This document shows, one piece after another, positions 19,511 to 28,137 of a DNA stretch of 40,932 bases. The DNA comes from Clostridia bacterium (GTDB lineage Bacteria; Bacillota; Clostridia; DUPQ01). The stretch lies in contig JAUUZE010000002.1 in the NCBI GenBank assembly GCA_030590175.1, positions 1 through 40,932 on the forward strand. Direction: 5' to 3'. How positions within the stretch are numbered: the stretch's first letter is position 1; each line of letters starts with the position of its first letter. Position numbers and translations under genes: made by a program. The notes beneath the pieces are model-generated. The model saw nothing but the letters and a program-made list of their open reading frames with translations, had not been told where the DNA came from and did no database searches.

Positions 19511-19897
19511 ATGAAAAAAATTCTATTTATTTGTGTAAATAATTCGTGTAGAAGCCTTATGGCTGAAGCTATTACTGTTCAATTAGCTAAAGGACAAGTG
19601 AAATGTTTTAGTGCAGGATTATCACCAACATTTTCAATAGATGAAAATGCTGTTATGGTTATGGCAGAAATAGGGGTTAAAATGGATTATTATTATCCTA
19701 AAAATGTTGATGATGTACCATCAGATTTTGATATAATGATTACCATAGGTGATGAGCAAGCATATCCTATGATTAATGCAATAGAGCAAGAGAATTGGGC
19801 TATTGAAGATCCAAAAGGGCGTGACTTAGCTTTTTATAAAAAAACATTGAAAATAATTGAAAAAAATGTAGCCAGATTATTAAAAGGTATCTTATAG
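19511..19897 (+). CDS. ArsC/low-molecular-weight phosphatase-fold protein (LMWPc family), non-canonical
   Basis: CX5R P-loop at the N-terminus (ICVNNSCRS). C-terminal W-x-I-x-DP block as in thioredoxin-coupled ArsC, but without the downstream Cys pair. Confidence 0.8.
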   Translation: MKKILFICVNNSCRSLMAEAITVQLAKGQVKCFSAGLSPTFSIDENAVMVMAEIGVKMDYYYPKNVDDVPSDFDIMITIGDEQAYPMINAIEQENWAIEDPKGRDLAFYKKTLKIIEKNVARLLKGIL

Positions 19898-19910
19898 CGA
19901 GGAAGGTATT

Positions 19911-22900
19911 ATGTATTTTCAAGATAAACATATTAATCGAATTTTAAAGGATTTAAGTAGCAAGTTAATCACTTCAAGTTATGAAATAACTAACATGAAA
20001 ATCATGACAGGTGATGTAAAAGGATTATATAACTTAGATTATAACAATAAAAAGTTACATAAATATAAACCAGGTGAAAAGTGGGGAGAAACAAAAGATT
20101 ATAGTATCTTTAGAGCGAAAGTCACTATTTCTAAGACCATGCATGGGAAACATGTAATGATTTGGTTTGACACTCAATATAATGATGGACATGTACTAAG
20201 AAGACAAAGTGATGTTGGATGGAATAATAGAAAAAATCCTCAGTTTGTTCTTTATGTTAATGGGAAAGCTTTTCAAGGGATTGATGTGTACCATACTCAT
20301 GCGACACTTTCAACTAGTGCCATTGAAAATGAGGAATATGATATTGCATTAGAAGGATTTCCAGGTATGCCAAAAGGCCCCTTGGAAATGTATATGTTTT
20401 TAAAAACCATAGATGATGTAACAGAAAAACTATACTATCATCTAAAAGTACCATTTGATGCATCAAAATTCATAGAAGATGAAACAACAAAAATAGAAAT
20501 AAAAAAGCATTTAGAAAATGCTGTTAATCTATTAGACCTTCGATTACCCTATTCAGAATTATATTATGAATCAGTTAAAAAAACACAACAATACATAGAT
20601 GATGTGTTAGATAATGAACTTGCTAATCATGATAATGTGATTGTTAAGGGAATAGGACATACACATATTGATGTTGCTTGGTTATGGCCTGTAGTTGAAA
20701 CTAGGCAAAAAGTTGTTAGAAGTTTTTCAACTGTTTTACAATTGATGAAATTGTATCCTGATTATAAGTTTATGTCATCACAACCACAACTGTATCAATT
20801 TTTAAAAGAAGAAAATGAAGAAGTATACAATGAAGTAAAACAACGAATAAAAGAGGGGCGATGGGAAGCTGAAGGTGGAATGTGGCTTGAAGCTGACTGT
20901 AATTTGGCTTCTGGAGAATCTTTTGTAAGACAAATACTATTTGGTAAACAATTTTTTAGCGAAGAATTTGGTGTTGATAATGAGATTTTATGGTTACCAG
21001 ATGTATTTGGTTATTCAGCAGCATTACCACAAATATTACAAAAAACAGGAATTAAGTACTTTATGACCACTAAAATCTCTTGGAATGAATATAACACATT
21101 ACCATATGATACATTTAACTGGAGAGGGATTGATGGATCTGAAGTTTTTACACATTTTGTTACAACATCATATCTTGGTAACGATTTTATGTGGGGTGGT
21201 TATACATATAATGGAGAATTATGTGCAGAACAAATTATGGGCACTTGGAAAAACTATAAAAATAAAGATATTAATAAAGAAACTTATACATCCTTTGGAT
21301 GGGGTGATGGTGGCGGTGGCCCTACAAGAGAAATGCTAGAACAGGCAAAAGTACTAAAAAAAGGGATTAAGGGACTACCTAAATTTGAAATGCAAATGCC
21401 ATCTGAATATTATACAAATTTATATAATAAGGTTAAAGATAACAAGCGTTTACCAAGTTGGGTAGGAGAGCTGTACCTTGAATATCATCGTGGAACATAT
21501 ACCACTATGGCTAGAAATAAACGAGATAACAGAAAAAGCGAATTACTTTATCGTGATGTGGAATTATTTAGTTATATGGCTAATCAATTAGGATTAGGAG
21601 AATATCCAAAAGAACGTTTAAATGATAATTGGCGAGTGATTTTACTTAATCAATTCCATGATATTCTACCTGGTTCATCTATTAAGGAAGTTTATGATGT
21701 AACAAAAATTGAATATGAACAAATCCTTAGTAATGGACAAGAAATGCTTAGCGATTCAATAGAAAAAATTGCTGTATTGGCAGCAAGTAAAAAGAAAAGT
21801 TGTGTTGTTTTTAACCAACTATCTTTTGAACGAACTGATATTGTAGCTATTGAAACTAATGAGTATTTCACCCATGCTACTGATAATGATGGTGTGAAAA
21901 TTCCAGGGCAGTTAAAAGAAGGGGAAAACGGACATGTTTTCTATTTTGAAGCGACTATACCTTCTATGGGATATAAAGTTTATGAATTATCCAGCGAGAA
22001 AGTAATAAAAGGTGATATGTTTGTTGATCTACAAACTATGGAAAATGATTACTTTAAAATTACTTTTAATGATGACATGAATATGACTTCTATTTTTGAT
22101 AAAGTTAATAATAGAGAAGTATTACCAAAGGGACAAGTAGGTAATCAATTAATAGTTTATGAAGATAAACCATATGCTTGGGATGCCTGGGATGTAAATA
22201 TATATTATAAAGATAAATCATGGCTTATTAATGACGTGGAAAAAGTGGAAGTTATTGAACAAGGCCCTATAAGAGCTGGATTAAAAATACGTCGTCGATT
22301 CTTACAATCTGTAATTGAACAAACAATTTATATATATAAAAGTAATAAAAGAATTGATTTTAAGACATATATTGATTGGAAACAACATGATCTATTTGTT
22401 AAGGTAACTTTCCCAATTGATGTAAATGCTTCTAAAGCAACATATGATATACAATTTGGCAATGTTGAGAGACCTACGCATCACAATACTAGTTGGGACT
22501 ATGCACGATTTGAAGTATGTGCACATAAATGGGCTGATTTATCTGATGAGGGTTATGGTGTATCGCTACTAAATGACTGTAAATATGGATATGATATTAA
22601 AGATCAGAAAATGAGTTTATCATTACTAAAAAGTCCAACTTCACCAAATCCAGATGCAGATAGGGAAGAACACTTCTTTACCTATTCAATTTATCCTCAC
22701 AAAGATACTTTTAGGCAAGCTGATACTATTAATCAAGCATATCAGTTGAACTGTCCTCTTATTAGTCATTATGTGGAAAAAGGAAAAAATAAATTGCCAT
22801 CAGATTACTCATTTATCACTATTGATAAAGAAAATGTAGTTATTGAAACAGTTAAAAAATGTGAATATGATAGAGATTTAATTATTAGAGTATATGAAGC

Positions 22901-23069
22901 TTACAATAAAAAAACAAATATTAAATTTACTTTGGCTGATAAAATTGACAAAGTATATGATTGTGATTTATTAGAAAATATTGAAAAAGAAATTTCTCAT
23001 AAGAGAACAACATTTACTGATGTTATTAAGCCCTATGAAATTAAAACATATAAAGTAACATTTAAGTAA
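19911..23069 (+). CDS. GH38 alpha-mannosidase, cytoplasmic
   Basis: 1052 aa. GIGHTHIDVAWLWP metal-binding motif, LPDVFGYS, QFHDILPGSSI, and the C-terminal beta-domains typical of bacterial GH38. No signal peptide. Confidence 0.92.
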   Translation: MYFQDKHINRILKDLSSKLITSSYEITNMKIMTGDVKGLYNLDYNNKKLHKYKPGEKWGETKDYSIFRAKVTISKTMHGKHVMIWFDTQYNDGHVLRRQSDVGWNNRKNPQFVLYVNGKAFQGIDVYHTHATLSTSAIENEEYDIALEGFPGMPKGPLEMYMFLKTIDDVTEKLYYHLKVPFDASKFIEDETTKIEIKKHLENAVNLLDLRLPYSELYYESVKKTQQYIDDVLDNELANHDNVIVKGIGHTHIDVAWLWPVVETRQKVVRSFSTVLQLMKLYPDYKFMSSQPQLYQFLKEENEEVYNEVKQRIKEGRWEAEGGMWLEADCNLASGESFVRQILFGKQFFSEEFGVDNEILWLPDVFGYSAALPQILQKTGIKYFMTTKISWNEYNTLPYDTFNWRGIDGSEVFTHFVTTSYLGNDFMWGGYTYNGELCAEQIMGTWKNYKNKDINKETYTSFGWGDGGGGPTREMLEQAKVLKKGIKGLPKFEMQMPSEYYTNLYNKVKDNKRLPSWVGELYLEYHRGTYTTMARNKRDNRKSELLYRDVELFSYMANQLGLGEYPKERLNDNWRVILLNQFHDILPGSSIKEVYDVTKIEYEQILSNGQEMLSDSIEKIAVLAASKKKSCVVFNQLSFERTDIVAIETNEYFTHATDNDGVKIPGQLKEGENGHVFYFEATIPSMGYKVYELSSEKVIKGDMFVDLQTMENDYFKITFNDDMNMTSIFDKVNNREVLPKGQVGNQLIVYEDKPYAWDAWDVNIYYKDKSWLINDVEKVEVIEQGPIRAGLKIRRRFLQSVIEQTIYIYKSNKRIDFKTYIDWKQHDLFVKVTFPIDVNASKATYDIQFGNVERPTHHNTSWDYARFEVCAHKWADLSDEGYGVSLLNDCKYGYDIKDQKMSLSLLKSPTSPNPDADREEHFFTYSIYPHKDTFRQADTINQAYQLNCPLISHYVEKGKNKLPSDYSFITIDKENVVIETVKKCEYDRDLIIRVYEAYNKKTNIKFTLADKIDKVYDCDLLENIEKEISHKRTTFTDVIKPYEIKTYKVTFK

Positions 23070-23079
23070 GGAGGGTAGT

Positions 23080-23565
23080 ATGAATACTATAATTATTTAT
23101 GCCTCGCGTTATGGATATACAAAAGATTGTACACAATTACTAGCAGATCAACTAAAAGGTGAAACAACAATTATAGATGCAGATAATCAAAAAGAAATAG
23201 ATATATCTGATTATAATCAGGTGATTTTTGGTGGTTCAGTGAAAATTGGACAGTTACAGCGGTCTATTACTACGTTTGCTATTACACATAAAAGCGAACT
23301 ACTAAAGAAAAAATTAGGTATATTTGTTTCATGTGGTGAAAAAGCTAATTATATGAAATACTTACAAGATTCGCTACCAAAGGAATTACTTACACATGCA
23401 TCTTTAATTGAATGCTTTGGTGGAGAATTTAGAAAAGAGAATATGAAGTTTTTTGAAAAAAGAATGATTTCTGTAATAGAAAAATCAAATGAACAAAAAG
23501 GTGAAAGACCTCCTATGCCTATGTTTGAAAATATAAAAAAAATGGCAGCTGAATTTAGTGTATAA
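23080..23565 (+). CDS. Flavodoxin-domain protein (HemG-like short flavodoxin fold)
   Basis: 161 aa with a typical flavodoxin_5 opening (IIIYASRYGYTKDC) and the strand VIFGGSV. Confidence 0.75.
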   Translation: MNTIIIYASRYGYTKDCTQLLADQLKGETTIIDADNQKEIDISDYNQVIFGGSVKIGQLQRSITTFAITHKSELLKKKLGIFVSCGEKANYMKYLQDSLPKELLTHASLIECFGGEFRKENMKFFEKRMISVIEKSNEQKGERPPMPMFENIKKMAAEFSV

Positions 23566-23610
23566 TATGTGTAATATAAAAGATAAACTATTTTAAAAAG
23601 GGGATATCGT

Positions 23611-24720
23611 ATGAACAATCGAGAGAGGGCTTTAGCAATATTAAGATATCAAGATTATGACAAAATGCCTATTGTCCATTTTGGATATTGGAGAGAGACA
23701 ATAGCAAAATGGGGGCAAGAAGGTCATATTGAAAAAGGATTAGACAAAGAGTGGAAAGATTCAAATGAAATAGACACTATGATCTCTAATAAATTAGGTT
23801 TTGACTTTAATTGGAGTAATAGCTATGGAGGAAAAAACTTTCTACAACCATCTTTTCAAAGAAGGGTTTTAGAAGAATTAGGAGATGGTGCGAGAAAAGT
23901 ACTAAACTGGGATGGAGTAGTTGTTTTAGAAAAAGATGGCGCAGGGTCTATACCAGCTGAAATCGATCATACATTAAAAGATCGTAAATCGTGGGAGGAA
24001 CATTATCTGCCACGTTTACAATATTTTAGTGAGAGGGTTGATTATAACGAAATCATGGCTTACAAGCCTCCTGAAGAACGAGATGCACCTCTTGGGTTGT
24101 ATGTTGGTAGCTTTTATGGCTTTGTAAGAAATATAACTGGTATTGTTGGATTAAGCTATTTAGCATTGGATGATGAAGAACTATATAAAGAAATAATAGA
24201 CACAGTTGGGCAATTACAATATGACGTGGCAAAGAGAGCTTTAGAATCTGGCCAAACTTTTGATTTTGGTCATATTTGGGAAGATATTTGCTTTAAAAAT
24301 GGTCCTTTAGTTAGCCCAAGTGCTTTTGAAAAATTTGTGGGACCTCATTATAAAAAAATTAAAAAGCTGCTGCTTTCATACAATATTGATTTATTGTCTC
24401 TTGACTGTGATGGTAAAATTGATGCATTGATTCCTACTTGGATTAATAGTGGCGTTAATATAATGTTCCCAATAGAAGTAGGAACATGGAATGCATCTAT
24501 TGCACCATGGAGAGAAAAATATGGAAGCGATTTACGTGGAGTAGGTGGAATGAATAAAGTGGTTTTCTCAAGAGATTATAAAGCTGTTGATGAAGAAATA
24601 GAACGATTAAAACCATTAATAGATTTAGGTGGATTTATTCCATGTCCTGACCATAGAATAGCTCCAGATGCAAAGTGGGAAAATGTACAATATTACTGTG
24701 AACAAATGAAAAAAATATAA
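23611..24720 (+). CDS. Uroporphyrinogen decarboxylase (URO-D/MtaA) superfamily protein, function unknown
   Basis: 369 aa. N-terminal RERALAIL...MPIV opening and a TIM-barrel-length body, similar to the many URO-D family proteins of gut Firmicutes. Confidence 0.7.
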   Translation: MNNRERALAILRYQDYDKMPIVHFGYWRETIAKWGQEGHIEKGLDKEWKDSNEIDTMISNKLGFDFNWSNSYGGKNFLQPSFQRRVLEELGDGARKVLNWDGVVVLEKDGAGSIPAEIDHTLKDRKSWEEHYLPRLQYFSERVDYNEIMAYKPPEERDAPLGLYVGSFYGFVRNITGIVGLSYLALDDEELYKEIIDTVGQLQYDVAKRALESGQTFDFGHIWEDICFKNGPLVSPSAFEKFVGPHYKKIKKLLLSYNIDLLSLDCDGKIDALIPTWINSGVNIMFPIEVGTWNASIAPWREKYGSDLRGVGGMNKVVFSRDYKAVDEEIERLKPLIDLGGFIPCPDHRIAPDAKWENVQYYCEQMKKI

Positions 24721-24727
24721 TATAAGA

Positions 24728-26080
24728 TTATATTAGAACGTTAATCCACTTATTAGATTTATAACGGATATATACAATTATAAATTTTATAATTTCTTCT
24801 GTATAAACAACTGCCAGACATAGATGTACTGGCAGTTTTAGTACATGCACAGAAAAGAATGCTAGTGGAATACCTATTAGGTAGATAGAAAGAAAATCTA
24901 CAATAAGGCAAAACTTTGTATCACCGCCACTACGAAGAATACCAACTATTAATAAGAAATTCATACTTCTCACACACATAAAGATTGCAGAAACAATAAT
25001 TGTATTAATTGAATCTTGTATAGTTTTTTGATCAAAATTAAAAATCGAAGCCACAAAGCGTCCAGTTAATAAATAAATTCCACTTAATATTAAAGTTCCA
25101 ATAAAATTATAGAACATTGCTACTTTGGCGATATGTTTTGCTTTATCAATTTCCCTTGCTCCTAAATGATTACCTACAATAACTGCAATTGCATTGCCAA
25201 AACCAATTAAAAATGCCCAAAATAGATCTGAGATAGTCAAGGCCACTTGAATTGAAGCAATAGCTGCTACACCTAATGCACCATAAGCGATAAAATATAT
25301 GGCCATACCAAGAGACCAACTAGCCTCATTTAGAATTACAGGAATAGCTTTTTTCATTACTTTTTTAAATAATTCAGAAGAAAAAGAAAAATATTGATTA
25401 AGGGTTCCCCTTAGAGGATGATTCTTACTTCTATAAATAATAGTAAATAGTATAATCATTTCAATACATCGTGCGATTAAAGTTGCAATAGCAGCACCTT
25501 TAACTCCTAAAACAGGAAAGCCCAATTTACCATTTATTAAAATGTAATTTAGTAATGTGTTAATACTTAAAGCAATAATAGAAACAACCATTGGTAATTT
25601 AGTCATGTGAATACTTCGTGAGTTATAAATATATACATAACTTAAAGCTAGTGGAATATATGAAAAACAAACAATTCTAAGATAAGTTGTACCTTTAGCT
25701 AATAATTCTAAATCGCTTGAAAATAATGATAATATTTGTGCTGGAAATATAAAGGCAATTGTTGCAAAAACAACGGCAATAGATAAACAAACAACAAAAC
25801 CCATTCCTATTATTTTTCTAATATTTTCTTTATCTTTAATACCCCAATATTGAGAAGTGAAAATACCCATACCACTTAGTACTCCAAATATAGTAATAAT
25901 GAAAAAGAAATATAATCGATTTGACAGGGAAACTGCAGCTAATGCCACTTCGCCTCGTGTACCAATCATAATATTATCTACTAGATTAAGTGCGGTTAAA
26001 ACAAAATTTTGCATAGCAATTGGCAACCCAATTTTTAATATTTTATGTAGTAGTGAAGTGTTTTCTATTTTTTGTTCCAT
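24728..26080 (-). CDS. MATE-family efflux transporter
   Basis: 450 aa with about 12 TM segments and MATE motifs (LPIAMQNFVLTALNLVDNIMIG). Confidence 0.85.
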   Translation of the reverse strand: MEQKIENTSLLHKILKIGLPIAMQNFVLTALNLVDNIMIGTRGEVALAAVSLSNRLYFFFIITIFGVLSGMGIFTSQYWGIKDKENIRKIIGMGFVVCLSIAVVFATIAFIFPAQILSLFSSDLELLAKGTTYLRIVCFSYIPLALSYVYIYNSRSIHMTKLPMVVSIIALSINTLLNYILINGKLGFPVLGVKGAAIATLIARCIEMIILFTIIYRSKNHPLRGTLNQYFSFSSELFKKVMKKAIPVILNEASWSLGMAIYFIAYGALGVAAIASIQVALTISDLFWAFLIGFGNAIAVIVGNHLGAREIDKAKHIAKVAMFYNFIGTLILSGIYLLTGRFVASIFNFDQKTIQDSINTIIVSAIFMCVRSMNFLLIVGILRSGGDTKFCLIVDFLSIYLIGIPLAFFSVHVLKLPVHLCLAVVYTEEIIKFIIVYIRYKSNKWINVLI

Positions 26081-26153
26081 AGTCTCTAAATAGTATCACA
26101 ACCATATAAAAAAATGAACTAAAAAATTAGCGATACTAACCTATGTAAAATAA

Positions 26154-26182
26154 TTGAAAAATCATACGTTTTTGATTATACT
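26154..26182 (+). promoter_or_regulatory. Putative promoter for the second URO-D-like gene
   Basis: TTGAAA (26154-26159), 17-nt spacer, TATACT (26177-26182). AAGGAG RBS at 26197-26202. Confidence 0.5.
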
Positions 26183-26208
26183 AATATAATCACATTAAGG
26201 AGTCAGTA

Positions 26209-27222
26209 ATGACAAAAAGAGAGCGAGTAGAGGCTGCATTTTCGTTTATAAAACCTGATAAAGTACCACTACAGTATCATCCTTCATTAAGAGGATATTT
26301 TGAACATGGAGAAGCACTAAGAGAATTGTTTAAAAAGTATGAAGGTGACTTTGATGATGTGTCTAATGAAATAATTCCCATAATTCCTGAATATGCATAT
26401 GATGAATTTGGAGATTATTATGATGAGATTGAAGATGATTTTGGTATTTTATGGACACATAGAATTTTTAAAATAATGGGACACCCTAAGTATAGACCAC
26501 TTGATGATTTAGCTAATATAAAAACATACAAATTTCCAACACCTAAATATGGTGATATGGAATTTATAAATTCCATACGAGAACAGAAAAAAAACTCATA
26601 CTGCTTAAAAGGAGAAATTACTCTTTTTGAGAGAATGACTGCAATAAGAAAATTTGAAGATGTACTAATGGATATGCATATGGATACAGTAGAAATAAAT
26701 AAAATTGCAGACATGTTTGTTGAGTATTATTTAATAGAAATTGATAACCTTCTTAAAGCTGATGTTGATGCAATTTTTATTGGAGATGATTTTGGTACTC
26801 AAGACGATTTGATTATTTCACCAGAATTATTTAGAAGATTTTTAAAACCACGCTATAAAATTATGATAGATAAAATTCATAAAGCTGGTAAAAAAGTTCA
26901 TTTTCACTCATGTGGTGCAAATATAAAATTACTAGAAGATATGGCTGAGTTAAAAATTGATTCATATTGGCCACAACTTAATGCCTATGATACAAGCGAT
27001 TTAGCTAAACGATTAAGAGAATATAAAATTGCTACTTCACTTCATTTTAGAGGACATACATTAAATTTTGGCAGTCCTGATGATGTGAAAAAGTGGGTAT
27101 ATGATGTAAGTAATGATTTTGAACCAAAGAATGGTGGAAGCTGGTATTATATTGAGATTGATGATGGTTTTCCATTTGAAAATATTAAAGCACTTTTTGA
27201 AATTATTGATCAATTAAGATGA
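26209..27222 (+). CDS. Uroporphyrinogen decarboxylase (URO-D/MtaA) superfamily protein, function unknown (paralog)
   Basis: 337 aa. KRERVEAAF...VPL opening and an HFHSCG motif resembling the URO-D/MtaA active-site strand. Confidence 0.7.
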   Translation: MTKRERVEAAFSFIKPDKVPLQYHPSLRGYFEHGEALRELFKKYEGDFDDVSNEIIPIIPEYAYDEFGDYYDEIEDDFGILWTHRIFKIMGHPKYRPLDDLANIKTYKFPTPKYGDMEFINSIREQKKNSYCLKGEITLFERMTAIRKFEDVLMDMHMDTVEINKIADMFVEYYLIEIDNLLKADVDAIFIGDDFGTQDDLIISPELFRRFLKPRYKIMIDKIHKAGKKVHFHSCGANIKLLEDMAELKIDSYWPQLNAYDTSDLAKRLREYKIATSLHFRGHTLNFGSPDDVKKWVYDVSNDFEPKNGGSWYYIEIDDGFPFENIKALFEIIDQLR

Positions 27223-27312
27223 GCATTTATAAAAGTGTATGTAACCATGTGTTAGTCTATGATACAATCAAACAGTAATTAAGAATAATTACCAGGTCAA
27301 AGGAGGTCTGTT

Positions 27313-28083
27313 ATGGAAAAAAAATATTATGATTTATTAGGTGTTAGCGAAGATGCAACAAAAGAAACTATTGAAAATGCATATGATAAAATATTAATCA
27401 GAGCTAGACATGATGATTCTATTGATATGCCAGCTATAAATGATGCTTATGATCATCTAACAGGGAATGTTAAACCAGTTGTAACAGAACAAGAAAAAAG
27501 CAAACGAGAAAAAGTAGTCAAGAGAGCTGGGGCGATGCCTTTTTATATTATTGGTGGTATTATTTTAGCAGTAGTTTTAATATTAATACTTCCATCAATA
27601 TTTACAAGAACACCTGACTTAGCTGTAACTTTTGTTGGTGGATATTCAATAAATGATGAAGCTACAATTCTTGAAAATGAAATTGAAGATTTGGGAATTA
27701 AAGATGTTGAAGTAACACGAATATTTTTAGATTCAAGTGCTAGTAGTGCAGAAGCAGATTATGCTGGACGACTTGCTTTAGCTGGGATGCTACAAACAGG
27801 AGAAGCTGATTTACTTATTGTAACTAAAGAAGCATTTAATTATCTGTTAATTGATGAAGATGCTTTAATGGTATTATCTCAAACCATATTAACTGATTTA
27901 GGTATTCAATTAAACTCTGAGAGATTAGTTTATCAAAATGGAATTCCATATGGGATTGATGTAAGTGATATTTCATTAGTCACCGATGCTGTGTCTGGAA
28001 ATGAAGAAGCTATTTTGTGTATTGCTAATAAAAGTGAACACCTTGATGAAATTATTATAGCAATTAAAGTGATTTTAGAATAA
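27313..28083 (+). CDS. Membrane-anchored protein with a degenerate J-domain (HPD replaced by HDD)
   Basis: YYDLLGVSEDATKETIENAYDKILIRARHDD...INDAYDHL aligns with J-domain helices I-III. One TM segment (FYIIGGIILAVVLILILPSIF). An about 170-aa C-terminal domain of unknown family. AGGAGG RBS. Confidence 0.65.
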   Translation: MEKKYYDLLGVSEDATKETIENAYDKILIRARHDDSIDMPAINDAYDHLTGNVKPVVTEQEKSKREKVVKRAGAMPFYIIGGIILAVVLILILPSIFTRTPDLAVTFVGGYSINDEATILENEIEDLGIKDVEVTRIFLDSSASSAEADYAGRLALAGMLQTGEADLLIVTKEAFNYLLIDEDALMVLSQTILTDLGIQLNSERLVYQNGIPYGIDVSDISLVTDAVSGNEEAILCIANKSEHLDEIIIAIKVILE

Positions 28084-28108
28084 TAGTATTTAAGAAAATT
28101 ATATATGA

Positions 28109-28137
28109 AAAAGGATGAATATTATTCATCCTTTTTT
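28109..28137. terminator. Bidirectional intrinsic terminator between convergent genes
   Basis: 12-bp stem AAAAGGATGAAT (28109-28120) / ATTCATCCTTTT (28124-28135) with a 3-nt loop. T-runs are present on both strands. It overlaps the last codons (KKDE stop) of the minus-strand gene. Confidence 0.7.

Noticed and set aside
23080-24720. Flavodoxin (HemG-like) next to a URO-D (HemE-like) gene, read as heme biosynthesis genes
   Set aside because: Both proteins are distant family members. The flavodoxin is shorter than the HemG I remember. No other hem genes are nearby, and the context is a cytoplasmic sugar/redox operon. I kept this only as a superfamily observation.
24718-24735. Inverted repeat TAATATA-AGAT-TATATTA between the convergent URO-D-like and MATE genes, considered as a terminator
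   Set aside because: The 7-bp stem is pure A/T and too weak to call an intrinsic terminator. In AT-rich DNA such repeats are expected by chance. How these convergent transcripts terminate remains unresolved.
27275-27292. Perfect palindrome GTAATTA-AGAA-TAATTAC in the 5' UTR of the J-like gene, considered as an operator or riboregulator
   Set aside because: It is short and almost entirely A/T, has no partner regulator gene nearby, and is not repeated elsewhere in the window. Chance occurrence is plausible.
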